DNA from: Fistulifera solaris
Taxonomy: Eukaryota
Direction of reading: 5' to 3'
Assembly: GCA_030295235.1 (NCBI GenBank)
Contig: AP026158.1
Location: 62,001-126,000 of the forward strand
Length of the DNA stretch: 64,000 bases
The translations under genes and the position numbers were made by a program. The notes under the pieces were generated by a model. It was not told where the DNA came from, did no database searches, and saw only the letters and a program-made list of their open reading frames with translations. Below are positions 49,102 through 60,784 of this stretch, piece after piece. Position 1 is the first letter of the stretch; the number at the start of each line of letters is the position of its first letter.

Positions 49102-51142
49102 GCAGCTTTGTTGTTCTACATAGCCACGCCCTGCACAGCCGCTCATCTCGTTCTCATTCTCCTCTAAGCACGCCCAAAGAACCACTCATTGTGCTGCGTA
49201 CTAGGCTGCTATACTTCTCGTATCCTCGACAATAGCTATATTGGAACAAGGTTTGTTTGAGCACACTAAGTTGCTCCAATTTTAAAGCGATTCCGTTGTC
49301 ATGTAAACACAGGGAAGGCCTCGTAAGTTCGAGCTGGCAAGCAGCTTTAAAAGCGCTTTACCGAGTTGGAAGCCGGTTGGTTGTGACGGCAATGCCCTTA
49401 ATCCCTCAGGGGAGTTCTCTTGGCCCTGAGCCCTCGCGAAGTGATAAAAAGGAACCCGGCGTCCACTAGAATCCGCATTCTGCTTTGTCTTTCCTTCCAA
49501 CCTTTTTCTGTCATCTCGAAAAGTAAATTGCTGTTTCATTCCAAAGCAATGAGGCCAAGGTAGAGATCACACGGGGCAGCTGTTTTGAGCAAGAAAATGT
49601 GCCCACCAAAGGTTGAAGATTCGGAAAATAAACCTTTGTTCAAATTATTAGCGAATGATTGACCTTCCTCCCTCTTTATTAGCTGTCTTTCTCGTCATTG
49701 ACCTTCGGTCGCCACCCAGCAGCAACGTTAAATTCGATATTTTGAAATGATTGTTGTTGTTGATAGTGTCCTGTAGCGATAGGTCGGATCCAAACTTTCT
49801 GACGAACCTTTGAGCATCCCCCCAGGCGATATTTTCCCTATTGCTTATGTCCGATGATGAGATGATGATTTTGTCTCGTCCAACTCACTTTCAACTTCGC
49901 AAGTTTGCTTGATGAGCCTTTACAGAGCGATGTGTCGTCTTGCATCCCCATAGTTGCCAACAGACAATACTGAGCAATGCGACACAGTGAAATTCATTCT
50001 TCAGGCGCGTTGCGTCCCACGGGCTACATGGTCTAGTGTTCTAGTTTTTTTATGCTTCTGTACCAGGTATCGTCTCGCTCTCGTCGCGCTCATGGATTTT
50101 TTTTTCAACAAAGGTACCAGGTACCGGTACCATGCTCAAAACCCTGCCGTTAGTTATGCCCTAAGGTTTTGCAGTTGCAACGGATAGAGAGATTTTTCTC
50201 TCTAGAGAGAAATTTCTCTCTAGCTAAAATTATATAAACACGTTTTGCTGGCTAAGCAATTTGACCGTTTCTGTGGCTCAGAGCAAACATTTCTCGCCGA
50301 AAATTGTTTTTATGGCTAACTAAGTGTATACCTTTACGACATCCACATATCGATTGTCCTGAAACCGGTCGGAGGGAGCAGTTTCCGCCAAGCTCCCAGG
50401 CGGCTTGCTGCTTGCTGCATGCTTCTCGAATGCCGCTTGTCACACGTCCGCATGTTACATGTTCTGCAGTTCCGCATGTTGAAGAAGACTGGAGACTAAA
50501 AACTCCGAAACTCCGAATTCGTCTGCTAACCTCATACCTCATACCTTATTGCTTAATAGTAAATGAAAAGATGCCGACAAGATTGTTCTTTATGACTTTG
50601 TCGAGCAGAGAGTTTGCCGTCACACTTCCGCGAAAAACGAGGAAAGGATAAAGGATCATCTTCGTGGCAAGAAAAAAATTAAGTATTGACAGAAAGCAGG
50701 GAACAATAAGGGCGTTCTGTCGAATGATGACACCAAAAGTCAACATTCAACATTGCAGTTTACACCCAAGACAGAATGCAGTAAAGAAAATTTAGATGAA
50801 GAACGAAAGAACGAAAGCAACAAATAACAAATAATACGTAAACATTCAACATTGAAAGCGGCACATAATTCTCAATTCTCACCATTCATTCACACTCCCT
50901 ATGTAGAATCTAGACCATTGGTTGTGGTAGACCATATTAGCATAGAATCGCCTACGTGAGACAAATCTAGAATGTAGAATATAGAATAGTGTAGAGCGTT
51001 TTCATTAAGTGCCATTCCTTATTCCTTCTTCCTGACTGTTCCTCGTAGACAAAACGCGACCGTCGCAATCGTCTGATTCTCCTTTCAACCAAACAGCCGT
51101 TCCATCATTATTTTTTTCTCCCTTCGTTGTGAACTAACAGCA

Positions 51143-51397
51143 ATGAACAAGGATCAACAACACAAAGAACATTCCGATCCACCCACTGCAAATAGCTTGG
51201 TTGTGGAAGGTTGGATTCCCGACACGACTTCCCTTGCCCAGGGATCCGGTCCTGATAGAGAGCGCCTCCTACAAATCCTAAATGAAGCACTCGCCTTACT
51301 GGAACAATCGGCTGGTTCTTGGGACCGTCGACGTGAAGGATCCTGCTCGTCAGAAGACTCTTCCTCCGATAAGAGTGATCAGCAAGAACAGAAGTGA
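51143..51397 (+). CDS. Microprotein family member 3 (84 aa)
   Basis: DRERLLQILNEALALLEQSAGSW...SSEDSS. Confidence 0.65.
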   Translation: MNKDQQHKEHSDPPTANSLVVEGWIPDTTSLAQGSGPDRERLLQILNEALALLEQSAGSWDRRREGSCSSEDSSSDKSDQQEQK

Positions 51398-51408
51398 CAT
51401 TTCTGCTG

Positions 51409-53019
51409 TTACTCCATATCGCGTTGACGACGCAATTCAGTCGACGAAATGTCGACTCGAAACTCTGGCAACAAGGTGAACTTGGCAGCAATGTGCGGAG
51501 GTAGTTCGGCTACCGCGTCTTCTCCCGTCACAAATACAGTTGGTTGTTTTGGATCGACACGTCCACCGGCTACAAAGTGACACGAAAGTTCTTCCAGTGT
51601 CGTCAGCATGTGTTCGCGTGAGTTATTATAGTACTTGGGGTCGAGTAATCGGATCAATGTATCGGTACCAATACAAAATGTCAAGTCGTCGTCGTCGTCA
51701 TTCGGATGCGCCCGCTGTTTCCTTCTTTCTGTCATGGGGTACAATAAATCGATTTTCTGAGCAAACAATGGTGCATTCGTCAACAAAATACCCCATTGAT
51801 AGTCTTGCAACTCGGGCAGCAATTTCCAAAACTGCTGGATACGCTCCACGGCCACGGCCGGTGCCAACGCCGGTTTATCCGCATTCGTCAGAGACAATTC
51901 GAACCAAATCACCGGATTGGGTGTTTTCGATAACAAGCTCTTGGCGGCCGCCAACGCCAATTGCACATGCCCCGTATGCGGTGGGTTGAAACTTCCCGGT
52001 ACAATGAGAGAATGCGCTGGCAAGGTCGCCACGCTGCCTTGAATGACTCTATATTGCTCGTGTAGCGGCACCAAGAGCACCACCAACTCTTGGCCTGTCA
52101 CAATCGATTCGGCCGCCTCCATTACCGGACACTTTGACTGGGAACAAATATGCACGTGTCGTTCTTCGCCATGTCCCATCGTTTCCGTCCATTCCCTGCC
52201 GGAGGATTCCAATTCGATAAACATCGGAAGCATGGCGAGCCGTTCTTTCCAAATCGTGTCCTTAATAGTATTCTGATAATCATCTTCCCGTAATTGTAAG
52301 GCATATTCTAGGCACGACAACATGGCATGTGCCACCTGTACATCTTGTTGACGACGACTCAACGAGGATGGAATCGAAAACGTTATTTGTACAGATGATC
52401 CGTGCGGTAATTGCGCTACGATGTGTGCCGTACTCTTGTCATCATCATCTGGTTGGTGAGTCACCAACTGGGACGCACACGCCAAACCAACCGTGTAGGG
52501 TATTTGTGACAACACACGGTAGGTGGGTCGTTGACACGTCGTAGATCCTACTGCGAATTGCAGTGCTCGTTGTAACGCCGCGGTCGCGACACTTTGGGCG
52601 GCCATCATAGAAGCATATTGTATTTTCGCTTGTTGCGGTGGGTGGTTGGCTGTAAACGTTCGAAAACTTTCTCGATCGTACAATGTCACGGCTTCCATCA
52701 GTATCGAAGACGCTCCAGGGGTTGCCGCCAATGTCGATGCCAGAAAACTTCCTCCACCCGCCACGGCGACGACCAGTCGACATTTCGGAGTTTGTCTCAC
52801 GAGTCGTTCGATCCGATCAAACAAATATTCTTGATCTGACTCGAAGGATGTAGAAGAAGAGAGTGTCGTCATTCTTTGCCGTTGCGTTATGCGAAAGGAA
52901 CGCCAAATAATGGAATTCCTCATCCAGCCGTGCACGGGAAGGATCAAGAAGAAATGCAAGATGGAAAATATGCAGACAAAGAAACAACTAAACGGCTTTT
53001 GTCGAACATGCATGATCAT
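51409..53019 (-). CDS. CinA-C-like plus nucleotidyltransferase (NMNAT/POF1-like) fusion, probably plastid-targeted
   Basis: VAVAGGGS..LAATPGASSILMEA, PGSFNPPHTGH (HxGH), ELSLTNADKP, GTDTLIRLLDPKYY, DISSTELR. Signal peptide ..LPVHG-W. Confidence 0.82.
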   Translation of the reverse strand: MIMHVRQKPFSCFFVCIFSILHFFLILPVHGWMRNSIIWRSFRITQRQRMTTLSSSTSFESDQEYLFDRIERLVRQTPKCRLVVAVAGGGSFLASTLAATPGASSILMEAVTLYDRESFRTFTANHPPQQAKIQYASMMAAQSVATAALQRALQFAVGSTTCQRPTYRVLSQIPYTVGLACASQLVTHQPDDDDKSTAHIVAQLPHGSSVQITFSIPSSLSRRQQDVQVAHAMLSCLEYALQLREDDYQNTIKDTIWKERLAMLPMFIELESSGREWTETMGHGEERHVHICSQSKCPVMEAAESIVTGQELVVLLVPLHEQYRVIQGSVATLPAHSLIVPGSFNPPHTGHVQLALAAAKSLLSKTPNPVIWFELSLTNADKPALAPAVAVERIQQFWKLLPELQDYQWGILLTNAPLFAQKIDLLYPMTERRKQRAHPNDDDDDLTFCIGTDTLIRLLDPKYYNNSREHMLTTLEELSCHFVAGGRVDPKQPTVFVTGEDAVAELPPHIAAKFTLLPEFRVDISSTELRRQRDME

Positions 53020-53621
53020 CGTATGTTCTGAAGTTAGGTTTTGTCAAAAACAAACAAGACGTGATGATGATGATGGTCAACGAGGATTTACGGGACTAAA
53101 TTTAAATGGAGTCACGAACCAAAAGTCACTCCTACATCGAACTCTCTAGAGACCTAGAGCAATTTTTTCTAGGGATACTTCTCTTCTTGCTGCATCAGCA
53201 TCAATCACACAAAATATCCAGTGAGTAGCTAGTTATAATGTTCATGTGTCAAAGTCGAAGAGACCGGAAAACAATCTTGCGGCGTGACCCATCCTAGCGG
53301 AGTACCGGTACCGCTCTGTAGAGACACGCGGTACCACATAACACAAAGTATGTTATTCCCATTCGTCGGACCACGTCATTGATGACGTCTTTCTTCAAAC
53401 CGTCTGTCATTCGTACCTTCTTCACTAATCGTTCTCGCTTCTCGCGTTGTGAGGTTTGCTCGCATCTTATTTCCCTCTCAAAGTACTGCTTTTGCCAAAA
53501 ATAATACCGGAGTAACAAAAAGAATCAATCGTATACTTGTACCTGGTACCTTGTGCTGACAAAGATCATTATTGCGCGTTGTTATTCTCACTTTTTACAA
53601 ACACACATCGATTCAAAGCTA

Positions 53622-53658
53622 AAACAACGACAACAACAACAACAACAACAACAATAAC
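53622..53658. repeat. (AAC)n microsatellite upstream of NFS1
   Basis: aacaacgacaacaacaacaac... read directly. Confidence 0.85.
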
Positions 53659-53681
53659 AAAAGCCAAGTTTTTACTACAAC

Positions 53682-55111
53682 ATGATGATGCGAAGAGCGC
53701 TTTTGAATGATGCACGCCGTCGCCTTATTACGACAGGAACCTCTCGGTTCAATTCGATGATGATTCGTACGATGAGCGTCAAAGTCACTTCGCTTGCCAA
53801 TACGGAACCACTCAATCATAATAATAACAACAGCAATGGTTCTTCGAAATTCAATTTACGCGGTCAATTTCGATCGGGCAAAGCCGCTTATTTGGATACC
53901 AGTTCCACCACGCCCCTCGATCCACGTGTCCTCGATGCCATGTTACCGTACATGATCGGAAGTTACGGCAATCCGCACAGTCGAACGCATATCTACGGAT
54001 GGGAAGCCGAACATGTCGTTGAACATGCCCGTCAATCGATTGCTAACCTCATTCATGCCGATGACGCCAAAGAAATTATCTTTACCAGTGGAGCGACGGA
54101 ATCGAACAATTTGGCCATTAAAGGATCCGCGCACTTTTATCAGAAACGTGGTAAACATCTCATTACGACACAGACCGAACACAAGTGTGTGTTGGATTCC
54201 TTTCGGAATTTGGAACAAAAGGAAGGATACGAAGTGACATATTTGCCCGTACAAGCCGCGACGGGGAGGATTGATTTGAATCAATTGAAAGAAGCCATTC
54301 GACCGGATACCATTCTTTGCAGTGTCATGGCAGTCAACAATGAAATTGGAACTTTACAGCCATTACAAGAAATCGGTGCATTGTGTCGACAAAACAAAAT
54401 TGTCTTTCATTGCGATGCGGCACAAATGTTGGGAAAATTACCCATTCATGTCAACGATTTGCAGATTGATTTGATGAGCATGAGTTCCCACAAAGTGTAC
54501 GGCCCGAAAGGAATTGGAGCCTTGTATGTGCGTCGGCGTCCTCGCGTGCGTTTGGAGCCATTGTTGAGTGGAGGAGGGCAAGAACGAGGTTTGCGCAGTG
54601 GAACCTTGCCGCACTTTTTGTGTGCCGGATTTGGACACGCGTGTGCACTGGCCCAACAAGAAATGGAGTTCGATACACAGTGGATTACGTACTTGAGCAA
54701 CAAGTTGCAAAAGGGATTGAAACCACCATTCCGGCCGTGGTACGCAATGGCGATCCGGAACACAATTACAATGGTTGTCTTAATTACTCCTTTGCGTATG
54801 TGGAGGGAGAGAGTTTGCTCATGGCCCTTAAAAATATTGCCGTCAGTTCGGGATCGGCGTGCACGTCCGCGTCACTCGAACCCAGTTACGTGTTGCGGGC
54901 TCTCGGGGTCGATGACGAATTGGCGCACAGCAGTTTGCGATTCGGCATTGGACGTTTTACGACGGAAGAAGAGATTGATTTTTGTTTGGAATTGTTACAG
55001 AAACATGTCGAACGATTGCGTGAAATGTCACCCCTGTGGGAAATGGTACAAGAAGGAATCGATTTGAAAACGATTCAGTGGACACAGGACGCGACGGATG
55101 GGCATCATTGA
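53682..55111 (+). CDS. NFS1: Mitochondrial cysteine desulfurase; frameshift near 54711
   Basis: Arg-rich presequence, [68 protein letters not shown]. Confidence 0.96.
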
Positions 55112-55473
55112 GTTTATCGATTCATGAATACGGATTGTGGGAAAAAGTAATGAAACATTATATTAGGAGTGAACAAAATTTATTAAGAGTGAACCTTAGT
55201 TACCAAACATGAAGCCAAGTATGGTGTATTGATAAAGGGATCTCATCGCGAAGATCTTTCGTTCATGACGAACGCGCTTGAAAGGCGTGAAGTTGACTTG
55301 CAGCAGCACCTACAAAGATGCTTCAAAAACTAAAGGTAACTTTTTTATTCAATGCAGCAATGCGACATTCTCACACGGTGGGAAAAGTTGACTATAGTCA
55401 CTGGTTTTTACTTCTATGATATGGTCATTGTATTGTGTGATGTGTGCAACAATAGTGTGCAGAGAAATATCGA

Positions 55474-55878
55474 TTAATGCCCCAGTAGAGCGAACGACTG
55501 TCCTGTCATGATTTCCGTAACAAGTAAAAGAACAGCTACGACCATAGCAGCTCGACCCAATTGCAATTCGAGATCAAAGGCGAGGGATTGAGTGCCATCA
55601 CTGTGACGAGGCAGATCCATCCACGTTGCCTGCTCTGGGGACGGTAATTGCCGTTGTGCTAGCGAGAGTTTTTTTGCTTGATGCTGTTCAGTAGGAACAC
55701 AGTATTCTGCCTCTAACAAACATTCGGGATGATCCAAGAGGAAATGAGTCGTCGTCGATACAGAAAGAAGCGTTCTCGGTGTCTTCGACGGATGAGCGTC
55801 AACAAGGGAGGCAAATGCGCTTACAGATGTCGCTGTAGAGAGGAAAAGCGACAAGGAAAGAAGCAGATTGCGATGCAT
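55474..55878 (-). CDS. Plastid-targeted one-helix HLIP/OHP-like protein
   Basis: Signal peptide with VSA-FAS (ASAFAP-type) cleavage site; C-terminal ELQLGRAAM..LLVTEIMTGQS LHC-like helix. Confidence 0.72.
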   Translation of the reverse strand: MHRNLLLSLSLFLSTATSVSAFASLVDAHPSKTPRTLLSVSTTTHFLLDHPECLLEAEYCVPTEQHQAKKLSLAQRQLPSPEQATWMDLPRHSDGTQSLAFDLELQLGRAAMVVAVLLLVTEIMTGQSFALLGH

Positions 55879-56556
55879 TTTTTAAATAGTTCGTATCACA
55901 AAAGCTTATGCGATAAGGAAAAAAAAAGAAGAATAGAAATGCCAATGATGTGCTTTTATGGGAAAGAAGATTTTGCTTGGCTTCTGTTTTATTGACAACT
56001 GGGCAATTTTCATGTTGAGGAATTCGCGGTTTCTTTGTTCGCTGTTCGATGCGTCCAAAATGACCGCACGACGTCTGTTTCTACAGAAAAGGCTATACGA
56101 CACCAAGTGAACTTCAAGTCGTAGCGGTGCCCAACTTTTATACTAGAAAACGTGTAGCTTTACTGTACTATGAAGGTTTTCCGCGAATGAATACAAAGTA
56201 TTCTTCATGGCTGGATTTCAGACCCGTGACTTAAAAATTACCTGCGTGCGCACCTCGTCTGAAAATGCACCTGGGACAGACGTTAAAATTCTGCTTCACA
56301 GTACAACAATCTACGTAGCGCTTACGGCGAGGGGGGAATTTTAACGTACCTAGTAGTTTCCAGATGAGGCTTTTGTCGTGCAGCGAACAAAAGCAGATCT
56401 TGCATGCAATGTTTCGATCTTTTTATTCTTTTTGATAATCCGGTCGTGTGCCTCTCAGTGCAACCTTCTTCTGATTCTCAGGCTGCAAGTATTATTTCAC
56501 CGTTACCAAGCACAATTTACGATTCCTCAAGACTTTATTAAAGCCGGAAAGCAATT

Positions 56557-58016
56557 ATGACAGTGAATACTAATGTTTCCTTCCTCGAACTCATTCCGGA
56601 AGCTCAGCCGAAGCCGAAAGTGCCGAAAGTTTGGTACGCTGGCAGAGAGAAAATCGCTACATACAAGTTTCAAAGACTTCCCACGCTGATTGATCTTGAG
56701 CAAATGACAAGCGAGAGTAAGCTTTGGTCAATTTGGCAAGAAAATGATACACTCATTGTGACGGTTGGGGTCGTCCGACAAAATCGCAACCACCTGATCT
56801 GCGTCAATGATCATTTCATTCGCTTAACTTTCAACGACAGTTGGCTTTCGTTCCAATCCGGTAAAAGTTCGTATACTGTCATCGGGAAATCCGACTACGC
56901 CATTGCGGAGACGGCGGCATTTTGTGGAGTTTGGATATCATTGAAGAGTGTTCATATATCTGTGGATGTAAATCTTTCGATTTTAGCGTCGTTTCGCTGG
57001 ATCAGCTGTCTCTGTTTTTTCAGCCACATCCGACTCGAATTAACATATCACTTTCGAACATCAGTCCCAGGCAGTCCGTGTTTCTGACCCAATTTCAGCA
57101 TCCCATTTCTCTTCATTTCTTTGCCAACTTTTCTTCTTTGAATTGTTTTTCGGCTTTGAATCGTTTTTCGGATGGTGGTAAAGCTTTTGTAGAATCTCTT
57201 CTTCAAAGAGATTCACCTTTCGGTGATTTATGTTTGGAAGCGTCTGATACCGAAATGTTTCATCGCCTTTTACAAGTCAAGGCCATCAATACGCTGGAAG
57301 TAAAATGCCCTGACCACATGCGAGATAGTCTACCAATCTTTTCAGCAGCCGCCAAGCGCTTAAAGTTTTATTGTAGCGAAGTGCAGATGAAAACAACTAT
57401 GGACTGGTCGACTGTCAAACTTCCAAAAGAACTAGATCTGTCTTTTGCTTGTCACGAAGAGGCCCATTCTCATATTGTCTGTGCGTTTTTGCGCCGCATG
57501 GCCGAGTTAAAAGATGTTGTGAAGCTCGAACTTCATCTGCTTAACGCAGGTCTCGTACGTGGAGAACTCACAACGGCACTTATTCAAGCTGTGGATGCAA
57601 ATCAAAGCTTGGTGGAGATCATATTGCACAATGATTTCTTCTGTCGTAGCCAATGGAAGGAAATGTTGGAGACTATGAAGCGTCACAAGAGTTTCCGCCG
57701 GTTTATAGTGCCTTCTTGTCCAAAACGACTTGATCCTGACTACTCGATGTTGAAGCGATTGCTCAAGCGAAATCGACATATCGATTTTCTTCGGGATAAC
57801 GGACCGAGGAATGATGATGAGGTCAATTGGCTTTATGGTGACGGTTTCTTTATTCAAATGTGTCAAAGGGATCTCCAGCATGAGCCAGTGTCTCTGTTAC
57901 CGTCTCTTGTAGGTGAAATTCTGACCCAAAGTGCCAGTAACGACTTTCGGCGTTCCGCGCTTGTGATGGCGACGCATGGGGGTGCACTCTGTGCGTTAGT
58001 GCAATACGCGTCGTAG
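56557..58016 (+). CDS. Tandem lineage-specific family, copy A (RNI/LRR-like C-terminal half); frameshift near 56921
   Basis: Collinear with copy D; has T4 where D has T5 (gcattttgtgg vs gcatttttgtgg). Confidence 0.75.
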
Positions 58017-58547
58017 TTTTCCCACGCATGATACATCCTTACATGGTACTCTAAAAGTCGTAAACAAGTAACGAGTTCTTAATGAGATAGGATGTTGTGT
58101 TATGAACGCATATTATAGTCAAAGACACGAAGTCTCGACGACGACGACTATCCATCGAATTGATTTCCGCAAATTATAGTGCGTCTTTACGGTGTTGCGG
58201 CGTGTATTAATATTATTTATTAGCGATTCATCAATACGCAATTTGTGAAATACATTAACAGTGCAATTAAAGAACTTTATTGTCGAAACACCTCATAGAT
58301 CTGCTTTTCTAAAACCTCAAGGATCTTGCATTTCACGAGTCATTATTGATAGCTGCATACAAAGTATCCTAGCCTGCTCTAGGTGTCCTCTTGTAGTTCT
58401 TGATGAAAACATTGATAGTTTCCTTTTAATTTTCAGAGATCATTCCCGTTTCTCTTACGTCTTGACAAGGTAGCTTTCAGTCACGGAATTTAGTTTGGGT
58501 ATCGGTGCGTCTTTTTTTGTTTTATGCGTTTCGCGGCATGCGAGAAA

Positions 58548-58612
58548 AATACCTGGTACCGGTACCGTACCGGTACCGTACCGTACCTGGTACCAGAAAC
58601 GGTACCGGTACT
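58548..58612. repeat. GTAC/GGTACC palindrome-rich tandem tract
   Basis: tacctggtaccggtaccgtaccggtaccgtaccgtacctggtacc...ggtaccggtac. Confidence 0.85.
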
Positions 58613-58815
58613 TGTAGAGACGCGAGATGAGGAGACGCGACGCGAGGACGACGCGGAAACGACTGTCGATGAATAATGATAATGATGTTCTGCAATAGAT
58701 GATGAGGCTGCCTTGTCATAAAATAGAAGCGTAATCAAATTTTTCATTTATATCACTCCTTCTCATCACAGACAGAAGCGCTAACTCTAGCCGCATCGAA
58801 AGACGGAACACAATC

Positions 58816-59300
58816 ATGTCAACGAATGAATCTTTACTTGAATTGATTCCAGAATCGCAGCTGAAGCCGCATGTTCCGAACGTCATGTATGAAGAAATTT
58901 CGAAGACTTCCCAGGCTACAAGATCTTCATCAATTAAGGAGTGTATTTTCGCTGTGGTCGATTTGGCAAGAATATAACGACAGATTGATATTGACAGTCT
59001 CGACAGTCGGCCTTTTCGACCAGCATCTGTTTTGTTATGGTGGTTCCCATCTGGTTCGCTTGGTGGATGATGACAAATGCATCTCATTCAATTTTGGCTC
59101 TCTAAATTATACAGTCATCGGGAAATCTGAGCATGCCATTGCCAAGACAGCGGCTTTCTCATGGAGCCTAGATGTCTGTGAAGAATTCATCAGTATCCGA
59201 GTATTTGGTAAATGATTCAACTTTAACGTCGTTTCGCTGGATCAGCCATGTCTACTTCTTCAACAACGGCCGACTGCGGGTATTCGTTTCTCACTTTCGA
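58816..59300 (+). pseudogene. Tandem family, copy B (5' fragment)
   Basis: MSTNESLLELIPESQLKPHVP, LWSIWQE, YTVIGKSEHAIAKTAAF, then stops and truncation. Confidence 0.75.
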
Positions 59301-59344
59301 ACATTATTAGGCGGCCGCGAGTAAAACAGCAGAAAGTTACAGAA

Positions 59345-60350
59345 ATGGACCCTGGCTGGAACTCATTCCGGAAGCTCGGTCGAAGCCACAAATGCTGAAA
59401 GTTTTGTACGCTGACATGGAGAAAATCGCTTAATACAAATTTCTTAGCGTTCCCACGCTTAACGATTTTGTGGAATGACAAACGAGAGCAGACTTCGTCG
59501 ATGTGGCGAGAAAATGATATATTGATGGTGACGGAAGGGCATTCGAACAATTCACAACTACCTACGCTGTGTCGCGGATCATCTGATTGTCTTAGATGAT
59601 GATGACAAATGCCTTTTGTTTTGTTCCAGCTCTCTTTTTGTACAATGAAAAGCAAATTGCGGAGACGGCGGCTTTTGTGTGGAGCTTAGATATCTCTAAA
59701 GAATTCAGAGCATCCATGAACATGGGAAAAGCTTCGACTTTGGCGTCGTTTCGCTGGATCAAGTAGATCTGTTCTCAACCAAATCCGACTCGAACATCTT
59801 TGGTGTCAATTTCGAACATAAACCCCATTCAATTGGTTATTGACTCGATATTTGTATCCGATTTCTCTAGCTTTGATGTTCGACTCCTCTCTGAATTCAT
59901 TTTCGGATGGCTGTGAAAGCCTTGTAGCATCTCTTCTGTGAAGAGAATCCTCTTTCGGCAATTTAACCGTGAAACCTTCACACACTGGGACATTTCAGCG
60001 GCTGCCACAGGTCAACGCCATACAAACAAACGACCTTGAGATAAATACTTTAAATCTTGTCAGCATCCGCCCAACGCTTAAGATTCGGTCTTGTTGTTAT
60101 GCAGTCATTCGAGCTAGATTGGTCGACAGTCAAGACTTTTCCAAAAGAACTGGCACTGTCGTTTTTGTGTTACACTCCGCCTCAATTTGATTTTTGTCTC
60201 TTCTCTTCCTTCTCGCGCCGCATTGTCAAGCTGCGCGAAGCTAGAGCTGGAATGGCTTTACCCATAGCTGTGCCTGAGAGTTTATTTGCAAGGGCGTTCA
60301 TTCAAGCCTCATTACGCCTTGTCTCTTATACCAGAGAGATTGTTACGTAG
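59345..60350 (+). pseudogene. Tandem family, copy C (heavily degraded)
   Basis: LELIPEARSKPQ, attgcggagacggcggc, gtcgtttcgctggatc, ttttcggatgg and DWSTVK..PKEL remnants with many indels. Confidence 0.75.
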
Positions 60351-60784
60351 CGACGACAATACGTAGGCTCTAGAGTACGTCTTATTACTCCGTTAAAAAT
60401 ACTCTGTAGTCTGTAGTCGGTTTCAGTCACGAAAAATAAAGGGGTGTGGTTGTGGTTGCGGTGCGTCTTTTTTGTGTTTGCCGAAAGAGTATACACAGCA
60501 GAAGTATAGTTGTACCGCTAGTTGTACACTACTACGTACCTGGATTATTTACTACGGAGTACGTGACAGCAGATGAGAGATGAGAGATTCATTTTTATTT
60601 TTAGTCGTGCAGCGAACAAAAGCAGATCTTGCATGCAATGTTTCGATCTTTTTTTTGACAGGGAAACACATACGTTCGCCTCTCACTGCAACCTTCTTCT
60701 GATTCTCACGCTGCAAGTATTATTTCACCGTTACCAGACACAATTTACGATTCCTCAAGACGTTATTAAAGCCGGAAAGCAATC

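Noticed and set aside
49200..51000. Possible hidden gene or ncRNA in the long spacer
   Set aside because: Only short motif-less ORFs; no tRNA, snRNA or rRNA signature was recognisable by eye.
58548..58612. CRISPR-like or telomeric array
   Set aside because: The units are 5-7 bp palindromic words with no spacers and no cas genes, and do not match a TTAGGG-type repeat.
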